Part shown: positions 10,353 through 20,640 of the stretch, one piece after another
Position numbering within the stretch: the stretch's first letter is position 1
Layout: the number at the start of each line of letters is the position of its first letter
Origin: Bythopirellula sp.
GTDB taxonomy: Bacteria; Planctomycetota; Planctomycetia; Pirellulales; Lacipirellulaceae
Reading direction: 5' to 3'
DNA: 64,000 nucleotides
Assembly: GCA_965216565.1 (NCBI GenBank)
Contig: OZ244170.1
Coordinates: 704,001-768,000, forward strand
The notes under the pieces: model-generated
Databases searched by the model: none
Told to the model about the DNA's origin: nothing
The model's input: only the letters and a program-made list of their open reading frames with translations
Position numbers and translations under genes: made by a program

Positions 10353-11508
10353 TGATAAGCTCCGATTTTCCTACGCAGTGTTTTTCAATAGCATCCAAAT
10401 CGGGAGCAACTCCTAGTCCTGAAGTAGTTGGAACTTGAAGTACTCCCCCAGTAATTTCTAGACCGTCTTGAAATAATTCATCTCGAAGTGGATTAGGTGT
10501 TCGGTCCACTTCCAACATCGGCTCGGTGATCTCAGCACGACCGGGTTCTACATAAGCGGTCGCGAGAAAGTGTGCTGCGCATGCCAGGTTTATCTGTGTT
10601 CCCCAGCAATGTGGGATGACATTCACACCATGGGAAGAGGCGATTGCCCGAATCTTGAGTGCCTCGGTTGGACCGCCGCAGTACGCCATATCGGGTTGCA
10701 CGATGTGAACGCCACCACTTGCGAGCAGTTGTTGGAAACCCCATCGTGTCTGCTCACATTCACCCGTCGCAATCGGAACATCCAACTTGTCGGCTAACGT
10801 TCGAAATAGCCCAGTGTTCTCAGGCGAAAGTGGCTCTTCGAACCAGGAGAATCGCTGCTCTTCGAGCACTCTGCCAATCTCTATTGCTTCGGGTAGATCG
10901 AAGGCATGGTTAGAGTCGGCCATCAGCCTTGTATTCGGAAATTTAGCTCGCATTTCACGGATCTGAAGCTTATCGAACTCCAGGTTCTTCCCGACCTTGA
11001 TTTTGAGAGCCTTGAAGCCTTGTTCGACATACTCAGCCGCTTCGGTGAGAATAGTATTCAGCAGCTGAGGCTCAGGTTCTTTCCGAAAGTACATGCCGGT
11101 GGCGTAACAATGCACTTGGTCCCGCACCCGTCCTCCCAGGAGCTCAGATGCAGATATATTGAGTAGCTTTCCCTTGAGATCGAGCAGGGCCATGTCGATT
11201 CCCGAAATCGCGCCCATCATGATCCCTTTGCGGGCAAAATCGAGAGATGCCCGCCAGCAGTGTTGCCAGATAGACTCGTTTTTTAACGGGTCACGACCGA
11301 CTACCAGGGGGGCATAGAAGGAATCGATGGCCGATTGGGTTACTGCAGAAGGGCCATAGCATTCTCCCCATCCTGATTTTCCGGTTTCGTCTTGCACCTC
11401 AACTAGCAATGCATTTCGCTTGCTATAATGCCACTGAGAAAAGCCAAAGGACTCTTCCAGCTGGTGTTGAAGCCAATAGGTACGGATAGCACGTATCATG
11501 CAATTCAA
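10342..11508 (-). CDS. Mandelate racemase/enolase-superfamily enzyme, probable 3,6-anhydrogalactonate cycloisomerase (DauB-like); alternative start 11499
   Basis: GWGECYG, GAISGIDMALLDLKGK, KIKVG, DSNH, WFEEP, TGECE, QPD, PHCWG; overlaps the ALDH gene start. Confidence 0.85.
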   Translation of the reverse strand: MNCMIRAIRTYWLQHQLEESFGFSQWHYSKRNALLVEVQDETGKSGWGECYGPSAVTQSAIDSFYAPLVVGRDPLKNESIWQHCWRASLDFARKGIMMGAISGIDMALLDLKGKLLNISASELLGGRVRDQVHCYATGMYFRKEPEPQLLNTILTEAAEYVEQGFKALKIKVGKNLEFDKLQIREMRAKFPNTRLMADSNHAFDLPEAIEIGRVLEEQRFSWFEEPLSPENTGLFRTLADKLDVPIATGECEQTRWGFQQLLASGGVHIVQPDMAYCGGPTEALKIRAIASSHGVNVIPHCWGTQINLACAAHFLATAYVEPGRAEITEPMLEVDRTPNPLRDELFQDGLEITGGVLQVPTTSGLGVAPDLDAIEKHCVGKSELINGR

Positions 11509-11691
11509 TCACTTACTTAAACGCAGGAAAAACCTGAGTAGTATTCGCATCGAGCTGCACAGCGAATGCTGTAGGGCTCGATTCGGGACATTGCGTCTCC
11601 CCGCTTTCATTCAAGCGAAAGCGCCCATTTGCGTGGGGGATAATTTAAGCCAAGTTGTCATACCTGGACCCCGTGTTCCACACCACGGTCC

Positions 11692-11705
11692 ACCAGTATA
11701 CCAGT
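11692..11705 (-). promoter_or_regulatory. Putative GntR operator 1, overlapping a TATACT -10 box of the catabolic operon
   Basis: ACCAGTATACCAGT, an imperfect palindrome matching the sites at 11871 and 17803. Only a weak -35 (TAGCGA) lies 17 bp upstream on the minus strand. Confidence 0.6.
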
Positions 11706-11851
11706 TGCGATTAGCTTTCGCTAGTACTTGGGGGGAGGCTAAAAAAAGGTTCCCCCGGAAGCAGTTGGCTGTAAGTGTCTGCATTATATAGAGTTGCGCT
11801 TCCAGCTGGGTTGAAAATAGGAGCGTGAGATTATTGTTGATGGCCAAAGTG

Positions 11852-11882
11852 TTGACTAGGTGACTTAGTTCCGGTATACCGG
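11852..11882 (+). promoter_or_regulatory. sigma70-like promoter of gntR with overlapping operator 2
   Basis: TTGACT(11852-57)-N17-TATACC(11875-80); perfect palindrome CCGGTATACCGG at 11871-11882. Confidence 0.7.
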
Positions 11883-12006
11883 TATGTAGGACTAGAGAGC
11901 GGTTCGCAGCTACATTTTCAGATCTGGTGTTACCGTTAACCTCAGAGTCCGTGATAACGCAGCCAAAGGTGCTAAGCCGTTTGGCCTTATCTGTAGAGGA
12001 TCGAAT

Positions 12007-12753
12007 ATGGCTACTGATGGAAAAGCATCGTTTCTTCGCCACGAAGCTTACGTCTATATCCAGGAGCAGTTGATCGCTGGTCGTTGGGGTCTGAATGATC
12101 GCATTTCGGAGAAGGCAGTTGCCGATGAACTGGGCATCAGTCGTACTCCTGTTCGCGAGGCAATTCGAAAATTGACCACCGAGGGGCTCCTCTATCAGGT
12201 CCCTTCCAGCGGAACGTTCGTCACTAAGCCCGATCGGCAGAGCATTGTCGAAATGTTCGAGGTCCGGTTGGCGCTAGAAGGACTTGCAGCTGAAAAGGCT
12301 GCTTTGATTATTCGTGCTCCGGAAGTGCGGGAGCTACAACGTCAGTTCATTGTGATGCGAAATGCTAGTCGTGCTTTTCGCGATTCTGGCGAGGATTTTA
12401 TGAGTGGAGAGATCTTGGATAGATTTCTCGTGGCCGATCGTTCGATGCACAAGACACTTCTGAGTGTTGCAGATAACAGAATGGCCTGGAATATCGTACA
12501 TAATAGCCGAATTCAAACGTTGATTTTTGGTCTTCACTCTTACGAGCGAGATCTTCACCACATCTCAATTTCTCTGCGTGCACATGGCCGAATTCTATTA
12601 GCGGTAAAGCAGCGAGATGGCATCGCGGCAAAGCACTGGATGGAAAGCCACGTGCGGAACAGTATGGGCGATGCACTTCGCGCTTATGATCATCAAAACA
12701 GTGCAAAGAATGTCGGTTCACGAAGGGAATCGCCTAATCCCGAAGTGCTGTAG
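12007..12753 (+). CDS. GntR/FadR (FCD) family transcriptional regulator
   Basis: ISEKAVADELGISRTPVREAIRKLTTEGL winged HTH; FCD-like C-terminus; divergent from the catabolic operon. Confidence 0.93.
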   Translation: MATDGKASFLRHEAYVYIQEQLIAGRWGLNDRISEKAVADELGISRTPVREAIRKLTTEGLLYQVPSSGTFVTKPDRQSIVEMFEVRLALEGLAAEKAALIIRAPEVRELQRQFIVMRNASRAFRDSGEDFMSGEILDRFLVADRSMHKTLLSVADNRMAWNIVHNSRIQTLIFGLHSYERDLHHISISLRAHGRILLAVKQRDGIAAKHWMESHVRNSMGDALRAYDHQNSAKNVGSRRESPNPEVL

Positions 12754-12855
12754 CAGCAGAGCATAAATAAGAATTTGAAATAACCTTTGATCCCAGTTCA
12801 AGATTATTTGCATTTCATTTTTTGATTTTTCATAACTTACACAGGAACCTATGAG

Positions 12856-13971
12856 ATGGACGGTTGTGCAATCAGCAACAAAAACGTTGGTGTCTCTTTC
12901 CTGAGGCCCAACCAGTCGAATGCATCGCGCTTTAGATCGATAGACGCGCGTTTAGCTATTCAACATCCTAGAAAGCAGGCTTTTACGCTAGTTGAATTGC
13001 TAGTGGTGATCGCGATTATTGGCGTGCTGGTCGCATTGCTGCTTCCTGCAGTGCAGTCGGCGCGTGAAGCGGCGAGACGGGCTCAGTGCCTGAATAAGAT
13101 TAAGCAAGCTGGTTTGGCCATGCTGAATTTTGAATCCGCATTCGGCCATTTTCCAGAGGGTACCCGCGGAACGGGGCTCGATACGACTTGCGAGCCTTGG
13201 CCTAGTCTGGCCTTTGGCACTCGTACGCCAAACAATCCCTGTCAAAACGGACCAGGATGGACGATCTTGGTCTTGCCATACTTGGAGCAGCAGGCCCTCT
13301 TCGACCAATTCGACCAGGCCGGCCCGTTTTCGTATATCTATGGACAATGTACGAATAGCGTAAACAATCCGATCCAGCAAACTCCGCTGGGGTTGTGGCA
13401 GTGTACTAGTCATCCTTATGCCCAACCTGACACTCTCCATAGTACCTACTCTGCCTGCACCGGCGGCGGCGATTACGCAGAGCCCGACACAAGTCTCAGC
13501 AGCCCAAGGCTAGGCTGGGAATGCATCACGTTTCGTCCCAGAAGGCCTATCTTTACGAATGGAATTACCGGCTACGATTCCAGAACTACATTCGGTCAGA
13601 TAGAAGACGGCTCTTCCAATACATTTCTGATCGGCGAAACGCATCTCGTCTATCATCCCGATACGCATCCCAACGGGCCTAACTGGTACTCAGGTTGGTC
13701 TTCGTCTTTCGATACCAATAAGAACTTTGGCATCACGATCAATGCGGCTGCAGCTAGCCGTCCAATCAACTTTAGTCCCTTCAACATTGACGAAACTATC
13801 TGGAATCCTCCCGGAGATAGGGCTACCGAATTCGGCAGCTACCATCCTGGCGGAGCGCATTTTGTGTTTGCTGACGGTTCGGCCACATTTATTTCAGAAG
13901 ATGTTGACGAGTTAGCCTACTGGGCATTGGGCAGCAAGGATGACGGTGTACCTACAGGAGTTATACAGTGA
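12856..13971 (+). CDS. DUF1559 prepilin-type N-methylation domain protein
   Basis: AFTLVELLVVIAIIGVLVALLLPAVQSAREAARRAQC; DGSSNTFLIGE; HPGGAHFVFADGS (H-X9-DG). Confidence 0.95.
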   Translation: MDGCAISNKNVGVSFLRPNQSNASRFRSIDARLAIQHPRKQAFTLVELLVVIAIIGVLVALLLPAVQSAREAARRAQCLNKIKQAGLAMLNFESAFGHFPEGTRGTGLDTTCEPWPSLAFGTRTPNNPCQNGPGWTILVLPYLEQQALFDQFDQAGPFSYIYGQCTNSVNNPIQQTPLGLWQCTSHPYAQPDTLHSTYSACTGGGDYAEPDTSLSSPRLGWECITFRPRRPIFTNGITGYDSRTTFGQIEDGSSNTFLIGETHLVYHPDTHPNGPNWYSGWSSSFDTNKNFGITINAAAASRPINFSPFNIDETIWNPPGDRATEFGSYHPGGAHFVFADGSATFISEDVDELAYWALGSKDDGVPTGVIQ

Positions 13972-14396
13972 CTTATCAACGAGCATTTTTGCTAATTGCG
14001 ATGGTGATTTCTATCTCGGCAATAGGGTGCAGCGATGGCGGTGTACCAAGAAATAACCTAGCTGGAACTGTCACCTACGAAGGCAAGCCGGTCCCTGCTG
14101 GCAGAATCATGTTCCGCCCAGACCGCTCTAAGGGAGGAAAGGGGCCAGCCGGATTCGCTCAAATTGTAGATGGTAAATACGATACAAGTAGTTCAGGAAA
14201 AGGCGCTATCACTGGGCCTGTTGAAGTCTCTATTGAAGGCTTTGTTAGTAACCAGCCCTTGGCTCCGGCAATGTTTGTCCCTTACAAGACCACGACGGAT
14301 GTTTCGGGGGACGCCGAAGAGGTCGACTTTGTGGTTCCCGAAGGAACAGCTCCTCCAAAAAGCTGGCGAGTGCCTGCGAAGAGGGACGACGGTTAG
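13968..14396 (+). CDS. Small lipoprotein, typical DUF1559 partner (carboxypeptidase-regulatory-like fold)
   Basis: Lipobox SAIGC; GTVTYEGKPVPAGRIMFRP; 4-bp overlap with the DUF1559 gene. Confidence 0.82.
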   Translation: MTYQRAFLLIAMVISISAIGCSDGGVPRNNLAGTVTYEGKPVPAGRIMFRPDRSKGGKGPAGFAQIVDGKYDTSSSGKGAITGPVEVSIEGFVSNQPLAPAMFVPYKTTTDVSGDAEEVDFVVPEGTAPPKSWRVPAKRDDG

Positions 14397-14521
14397 TTTT
14401 TTAGAGAGTGAATTACCGAATTACAACTTGAAGGCAGCAGCTTAGCTTGCATGGATATTGCCTCTTATTTCAACCAATTGGATTTAACAACTCGCATCGG
14501 CAACAGAAATAGTCAATTACC

Positions 14522-17500
14522 ATGAATTTTCGAAATACCATATTTGCAGTAGCCACGTTCTCGCTAGCCGTGACTGTCACAACTCATTCGAGTCGAGCCC
14601 AAGCCACGCCCAATGTCGTGATGATCATCGCAGACGACGCGGGTTATGCGGACTGGGGGTTCATGAACGGGGTCAACGGTAGTAATCCTACACCGACTGA
14701 TATTCCCACGCCGAACCTCGATGCACTGGCAAATCGTGGCGTTAAGTTCTCCAGAGCTTATGTGCATTCCAATTGCCAGCCAACGCGTGCCGGTTTGGTT
14801 ACGGGCGGATATCCCTATCGCATCGGCAACGAAGTCGTTGGCAATAACTACTACTTGCCATCACAAGGTTTTGCACCTGATGGAGTTCCCGAGGGAGTTC
14901 CAGCGGCTACCGAGACCATCTGGGAACGCATGAAGTCGCAGGGCTATTCCACAGGTGCGATTGGCAAATGGCATTTGGGGCAAACTGAGGGAATCAATCG
15001 ACCGCAACATCAGGGAGTCGACGAATTCTACGGAATCTGGCACGGATCAAGAACCTATAGCGTCGGCAATGCTGGCCTGCCCGCAACGCAGCTATTGCGT
15101 GCAACAACTGTTGATCCTAATGGCTTGGTGAATGATACGGTTGTCGAGACCGATCCGAACAATAACGGCGAATACATCACCAACACTTTTGGTGACTACG
15201 CCGTGCAGTTCATCAACGAACATCACGACGACGCCGATCCTTTCTTCCTGTATCAGTCATTTACCGCCCCGCACACTCCAGTTGGAAATTCGCCTGACAT
15301 TAACGACCCAAGTATTGCTGGACTCACGGGCCAGAGAAAACAGTATGCATCGATGATGCTCACCATGGACAAGGAGATCGGCCGAATCATCGACCGCCTC
15401 GAAGATCCTGACGGAGACGGAAACACAAGTGACAGTATCACCGACGACACCATGATTGTGTTCATCAACGATAATGGTGGTGCCGATGCACTCTCTTCTT
15501 CTCCTAACGGGGCCGATAATGGTGTTCTTCGCCGCGGCAAAGGTACCCCTTGGGAAGGCGGTATTCGTGTACCCATGATTATTGCTGGGGCCGGGGTCAA
15601 TCAAGCTGTCGAGGGAACGACTTACAACAAGCCAGTCCACGGCATCGACATCCTGCCAACCGTGTTTAACGCAGGAGGAGGAACTTTCGGACCTGGCGAC
15701 ACAGGCATAGACGGGGTCGATCTGCTCCCGTTCATCAATGGCACAGACACCAACAACCCGCACGAAACCGTGCTGTATCGGCAACGCTCCCAGTTTGCCT
15801 TGATCAAAGACGATTGGAAACTCGTATGGTCGGGTGGATCCCCTTCGCCGAATCACCACCTTTACAATTTGGGGACGGACATTAGCGAAACCAACAACGT
15901 GGCCGGAGCGAATCCAGCATTAGTGGCTGAATTGCAACGCGACTTGACTGATCACGAAGTCGAGTTCGACAAGCAACGTTACGAAATCCTGGGCCAAACC
16001 TCTGAAACCACGATTAATATTTTCGATCACTTTACTCTCAATCCCACTGATCCTGGGGGCGGAGTCACCGATATCATCGAAGGCTCAACAGGCAATGGCG
16101 ACTTCGAAGATAGCGAAGATCCCGGCAACCCAGCCACAGTGACTGGCGCCATTGACTTTGCAAACACAGCGAACTGGTTCCACGCGAACAATACGGGTCC
16201 CAACGAGGGCATCAACTTTACGAACGACAGCCAGACGAACGGCAGCTCGCAAGGTGGTTCGCGGGCTGGCATGCCATTCCAGAACAGATTTCAGATCAAC
16301 GATTCTGGGTTCACCGTTACCGCAGCTGGCGAAACATTCGATCTAAGCTACGACTTTGGTGCCGGCGGAAACGATCTGAATTGGGATGGCGACGAGTTCT
16401 TGCGAGCGTTCCTTTTCACATCTACGACAGGTGTTGATGGCGATACGGTCGTCGGGGATATGACGGAAGTGGCCGTCGATATCTACAACGTTCCCGATCC
16501 AACTTCGAATCCCCAGTGGACGACCCACTCCTCCACAGCCTTCTACACAACAACCGCGGGCGATATCGGGAAGACGTTCTACTTTGGCATGGAGTTCAAG
16601 GATCCGGCGGTGACGAGCCTGTTGTTCCCACGCATCGATGTCATCGATCTTAGTGTCACTTCACCTGGTGGTGGGGGGGCCTCGGTGTCCGATTGGTCGG
16701 ACAATAACGCCTGGTTTGAAGGAGGCACGAGCAACTCCGAAACTCTGCTAAACGCCGATGCATTTGCTGGGGCCATTCTGGAATTTCCCACAACCGAGAC
16801 CTTCAGCTACGTGTCCAATAACGACATGATCCGCAACACAGGTCTGGAATTTATGCTGAATAAGATCATTCTCAGCGGCAATTTCACTGGTGGGTCTGAT
16901 CAAAACGCTACCATCCAGGGTAACGACTTGCTGTTTACGGATGACTTGAGTGGCGTTGGTCCTCAAATCGCAGTGGACGCCACGAATGGTGGCGGGAACG
17001 GTTTTAGCTACGACATTGATCTCAACTTGGTGATGTACGACGACCTCACGCTCACCGGCAATGGCGACGTGACTGTGACAATCAATGGTGTTGTCAGCAG
17101 CTATTTCGATCCGAGTGGTTTAATCAAAGACGGGACTAGCACGGTGGTGCTAACTGCAGCCAATACTTACGCCGGCGATACCTCGGTGCTGGACGGAACA
17201 CTCTCGCTCCAGAACGACTTCCTGGCCGACTTGGCTGATGTGTTGCTCACTACAGGCGGCATCTTAGACTTAGATTTTATTGGAACCGATACGATCGATT
17301 CACTGTTTATCGATGGCAACTCGCAAGCTGTGGGTACTTGGGGAGGAATCGGTTCGGGAGCGGATAATGAAACGAGCCTGATCACCGGGAGTGGTTTGTT
17401 GATGGTCTCTACGCTAGCTGGTCTGGCGGGCGACTTCGACAACAGTGGCCGAGTCGATGGACTCGACTTTCTCCTGTGGCAGCAAAACCCAAGTGTCGGC

Positions 17501-17635
17501 AGCCTTTCCGACTGGGAAGCCAACTATGGAATGACAGCCCCCATAGCTGCAAATGCCTCTGCGGTTCCAGAGCCTTCGTCAGCTGTTTTGCTCCTAGCGG
17601 GACTGGGGCTCGCCATTTCGCGCCGACGCAGATAG
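14522..17635 (+). CDS. Modular sulfatase: S1 domain + inserted unknown domain + PATR-like repeat + dockerin-like motif + PEP-CTERM
   Basis: PNVVMIIADDAG, CQPTR, GKWH, NDNGG; GLIKDGTSTVVLTAANTYAGDT; GDFDNSGRVDGLDFLLWQ; VPEP-hydrophobic-RRRR. Confidence 0.92.
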   Translation: MNFRNTIFAVATFSLAVTVTTHSSRAQATPNVVMIIADDAGYADWGFMNGVNGSNPTPTDIPTPNLDALANRGVKFSRAYVHSNCQPTRAGLVTGGYPYRIGNEVVGNNYYLPSQGFAPDGVPEGVPAATETIWERMKSQGYSTGAIGKWHLGQTEGINRPQHQGVDEFYGIWHGSRTYSVGNAGLPATQLLRATTVDPNGLVNDTVVETDPNNNGEYITNTFGDYAVQFINEHHDDADPFFLYQSFTAPHTPVGNSPDINDPSIAGLTGQRKQYASMMLTMDKEIGRIIDRLEDPDGDGNTSDSITDDTMIVFINDNGGADALSSSPNGADNGVLRRGKGTPWEGGIRVPMIIAGAGVNQAVEGTTYNKPVHGIDILPTVFNAGGGTFGPGDTGIDGVDLLPFINGTDTNNPHETVLYRQRSQFALIKDDWKLVWSGGSPSPNHHLYNLGTDISETNNVAGANPALVAELQRDLTDHEVEFDKQRYEILGQTSETTINIFDHFTLNPTDPGGGVTDIIEGSTGNGDFEDSEDPGNPATVTGAIDFANTANWFHANNTGPNEGINFTNDSQTNGSSQGGSRAGMPFQNRFQINDSGFTVTAAGETFDLSYDFGAGGNDLNWDGDEFLRAFLFTSTTGVDGDTVVGDMTEVAVDIYNVPDPTSNPQWTTHSSTAFYTTTAGDIGKTFYFGMEFKDPAVTSLLFPRIDVIDLSVTSPGGGGASVSDWSDNNAWFEGGTSNSETLLNADAFAGAILEFPTTETFSYVSNNDMIRNTGLEFMLNKIILSGNFTGGSDQNATIQGNDLLFTDDLSGVGPQIAVDATNGGGNGFSYDIDLNLVMYDDLTLTGNGDVTVTINGVVSSYFDPSGLIKDGTSTVVLTAANTYAGDTSVLDGTLSLQNDFLADLADVLLTTGGILDLDFIGTDTIDSLFIDGNSQAVGTWGGIGSGADNETSLITGSGLLMVSTLAGLAGDFDNSGRVDGLDFLLWQQNPSVGSLSDWEANYGMTAPIAANASAVPEPSSAVLLLAGLGLAISRRRR

Positions 17636-17784
17636 GTCAATCAAGCTTGGAACGGAAATTATCGAGTTGAAATCCACATCGGACTTCCGTTTATGGTATT
17701 TCACCAATGCTGGAGGACGTTTCGAAGAATTCAGCCGTAAATGCTCATTTTTTGCGAGATAGGCAGGATATAACGAACAAATAA

Positions 17785-17816
17785 TTGACACCAATTTTAC
17801 CAACCGGTATACTGGT
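17785..17816 (+). promoter_or_regulatory. Near-consensus sigma70 promoter with overlapping putative GntR operator 3
   Basis: TTGACA(17785-90)-N17-TATACT(17808-13); near-palindrome ACCGGTATACTGGT at 17803-17816. Confidence 0.75.
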
Positions 17817-18074
17817 CTTCGTAATTGGTATCCGTCGAATCTGGAGCAGTCTATGCCTGCGATCAGTTCACGCTCGGAGCATCATACGTCTCATCTTTTT
17901 TCTGTTCACGAACTTAATCTGAGGGCTTCTCACTAAGCAGTTATTCAAAGCTCGATTTCATTGTCCTGCTGATGGATGACGCCCGCACTATTTCATAAAC
18001 AACACTGTTTTTCTCGATGCATCGAATGCATTGGATAACTTATCGTTACACACGGTCGAGGGAAGGAAGATCTA

Positions 18075-19694
18075 ATGAGCAACCTGATAAGACTGGCTCT
18101 CCTAGTCGTATTCATAACTGCCAGTAGCCAAGTTCAGGCGGTTGAGACCATCATCATAAATGGCACGGTTGGTGACGGCGACTTTGAGTTTCCAGAAGAT
18201 CCTAATAACCCTGGTTTAGTGACCGGAGCTGTCCCATTCACGGGGCATCCCAATTGGTTTCACGCCAACAATACCGGGCCAAATGAAACGATTCCTTTCT
18301 CACAAGATTCGCAAACTAACGGCAGTTCTCAGCCTGGTTCACGAGCCGGAATGCCGTTTCAAAATCGGGTTCAAATCAATAACACTGCCTATACCATCAC
18401 CGAGGCAGGAGTGCCATTCAACATCAGCTATGACTTTGGAGCGGGCGGTAACGCTGCCAATTGGACCGGCGACGAAGTAATGCGAACATTCTTGTTCGAG
18501 TCGTCAACGCCAGTCGATCCGAACACGATTGTTGGCGACATCACCGAACTCGGTGCCGATCTTTACAATATCGATCGAGCCAACGATCCCCAGTGGACAA
18601 CTAGATCGACAGATGCCTTCTATACGTCCACCGTTGGCGACATTGGCAAGACCGTGTATTTCGGAATGGAATTTCAAGACCCTGCGGGGCCCCTCCTTTT
18701 CCCCCGTATCGATGTCGTCCGCTTCACTGCGGGGACACCTGAAATCTACGATTTGGAATTCAATGCAGCCCTTAACCCTGCCGATGGCACGACCGCCTGG
18801 CAGCCCAATGTCGATCAAGGTCCGCAACCGGGTGGGCAGCCCACCGAATTCTTCACCTTCGCTGCTGCAGAATCCTTCGCTACGGTCAACGATCCTAGCG
18901 TTCCCGGAATTACGGGTAGCTACAGTGCCGGTGGAGTAGGGCGTCTGCCTGCCCCTTCGGAAGGTGCGGCCGGCCAGGTCGATAGTTCTTTTGAAGTTTG
19001 GTTCAAACCCAATAGTCTATTGGATGGCGAGCAAGTGATCGCTGATTTTGGCGGACTTTCAAATGGTTCGTACATTAGCCTCGATGACAATATCCTCAGT
19101 TTCTACACTACCTCGGGAGGTGCTTCCGGGACGGTATCGACTACGCTAAGCAGCGACGATTGGACACAAGTCGTTGCCAATTGGACCCCCACCGGTGACC
19201 TCGAACTGTTTGTGAATGGGCAGTCTGTTGACACTGCTTCGGGAACAGCGTTCAACAGATTTGGTGGCGGCAATCAGTGGGGACTTGGACAGGTGGGTGG
19301 CGACCCCAATGATGGACTTGCTATCGGAGGCCCGGTCACAACCGATCCCAACAATATCAGCGACGTCGATTTCGCTGGTGAAATTGGCCTATTCCGATAC
19401 TATCCGATTGCCCTTTCGGGTTCTCAAGTTCTAGATTCCTACGATGCCATTGCTGCTGCGGGAATCGCGGGCGATTTCGACGGTAGCGGTGTTGTAGACG
19501 GCCTCGATTTCCTGCTCTGGCAGACCGACCCCAATGTGGGTGATCTGGCTGACTGGGAGAATAACTACGGCACAGGCGGTTTGTCTGCGAATGTCTCTGC
19601 TGTTCCTGAGCCTGGTAGTTTGATGCTGTTTGCTTGTACGGCCATTTCTGTCGCGTTGCGGCGGAAGAGAGGTCTTACTTACTGCTTAAAGTAA
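18075..19694 (+). CDS. PEP-CTERM protein: unknown domain + LamG/ConA-like domain + dockerin-like motif
   Basis: Signal peptide; GMPFQNR...FPRIDV domain; SFEVWFKP...WTQVV...LFVNG...FAGEI; GDFDGSGVVDGLDFLLWQ; VPEP...RRKR. Confidence 0.88.
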   Translation: MSNLIRLALLVVFITASSQVQAVETIIINGTVGDGDFEFPEDPNNPGLVTGAVPFTGHPNWFHANNTGPNETIPFSQDSQTNGSSQPGSRAGMPFQNRVQINNTAYTITEAGVPFNISYDFGAGGNAANWTGDEVMRTFLFESSTPVDPNTIVGDITELGADLYNIDRANDPQWTTRSTDAFYTSTVGDIGKTVYFGMEFQDPAGPLLFPRIDVVRFTAGTPEIYDLEFNAALNPADGTTAWQPNVDQGPQPGGQPTEFFTFAAAESFATVNDPSVPGITGSYSAGGVGRLPAPSEGAAGQVDSSFEVWFKPNSLLDGEQVIADFGGLSNGSYISLDDNILSFYTTSGGASGTVSTTLSSDDWTQVVANWTPTGDLELFVNGQSVDTASGTAFNRFGGGNQWGLGQVGGDPNDGLAIGGPVTTDPNNISDVDFAGEIGLFRYYPIALSGSQVLDSYDAIAAAGIAGDFDGSGVVDGLDFLLWQTDPNVGDLADWENNYGTGGLSANVSAVPEPGSLMLFACTAISVALRRKRGLTYCLK

Positions 19695-19828
19695 TTTGAT
19701 TTCGGCCCTGCTCCGGGGCAGGGGTAGGGCTGAGAAAAAGTTTTTGTGTTTAGTGTTTTGAGTAGAATTGACTGGGGGCTTTTGCCTTTTCAACTATTTT
19801 TTGTTTCTTTTTGAGGGAGACGAGTCTA

Positions 19829-20566
19829 ATGAATTACATGACAAAATTCTTAGCGGCATTGGCTATCTTGGCCATGGCCACCAACGCCCAAGCGGTCAGT
19901 ATCATTGGTGGATCGCTGGGCAACGGTGATTTCAACGCTGGTGGTGGTGGTACTGCAGGTGGAGCTCAAACCTACAACCAAACAGTAAATTGGTTCAACG
20001 CGCAGGGCACGGCTGCTGACGATGACATCAACTTTACTAACTCATCGCAAATGGGTGGCAGCACCGATCCCGATAACGGGACGACTACACGAGGTGGAAT
20101 GCCTTTCCAAAATCGAGTCCAAATCAATGACACTGGCTACACGATCGGAGCCGCGGGTGAGGTATTTAGCTTGAGTTATGATTTCGGAGCTGGTGGTGGT
20201 CCCGCTTCTTGGAACGGTGGTGGTGACGAAACGATGCGGACTTTCTTGTTCACTTCGACCACCCCGATCGACCCTAACACGGTCGAAGCCGATATGACTG
20301 AACTCGGTGGCGACGACTACGACATCGATCGAGCCAACGATGGTCAATGGACGACTCGTTCCGTACCAGTCTTCTACACCTCGACACTCGCCGATGTTGG
20401 TAGCACTGTGTACTTCGGAATGGAGTTCCTAAACGATTCCGGGAACCTGCTTTTCCCACGCATCGACGTTGTCCAACTAGATGTAACACCAATTCCCGAG
20501 CCATCCAGTCTGGCTTTGCTGGGAACGATAGTTGCCGCGGGACTATCCGTGAGACGTCGACGCTAG
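19829..20566 (+). CDS. PEP-CTERM protein consisting only of the unknown domain
   Basis: ATG 19829 follows GAGGGAG; signal peptide; GMPFQNRVQIND...LFPRIDV; IPEPSSLALL...RRRR; no dockerin-like motif. Confidence 0.88.
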   Translation: MNYMTKFLAALAILAMATNAQAVSIIGGSLGNGDFNAGGGGTAGGAQTYNQTVNWFNAQGTAADDDINFTNSSQMGGSTDPDNGTTTRGGMPFQNRVQINDTGYTIGAAGEVFSLSYDFGAGGGPASWNGGGDETMRTFLFTSTTPIDPNTVEADMTELGGDDYDIDRANDGQWTTRSVPVFYTSTLADVGSTVYFGMEFLNDSGNLLFPRIDVVQLDVTPIPEPSSLALLGTIVAAGLSVRRRR

Positions 20567-20605
20567 CCTGAAGAGATTCTCTCTCTGTTTTTGTTGATCT
20601 ACATT

Positions 20606-20640
20606 GGATCGCCCCGCGATTGAGCGGGGCGGTCCTTGTT
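20606..20640 (+). terminator. Putative intrinsic terminator/hairpin
   Basis: GGATCGCCCCGC-loop-GCGGGGCGGTCC followed by TTGTT, 40 bp after the stop codon. Confidence 0.5.

Noticed and set aside
8952..11508. L-anhydrogalactose (agar) pathway assignment
   Set aside because: No extra oxidoreductases or GH117 in the window, and the sulfatases look carrageenan-type. Not fully excluded without phylogeny.
11611..12042. 143-aa minus-strand ORF
   Set aside because: No recognisable motif; it covers the divergent promoter/operator region and the gntR start.
17820..18074. Possible riboswitch in the ~255-nt leader
   Set aside because: No recognisable aptamer or convincing structure by eye.
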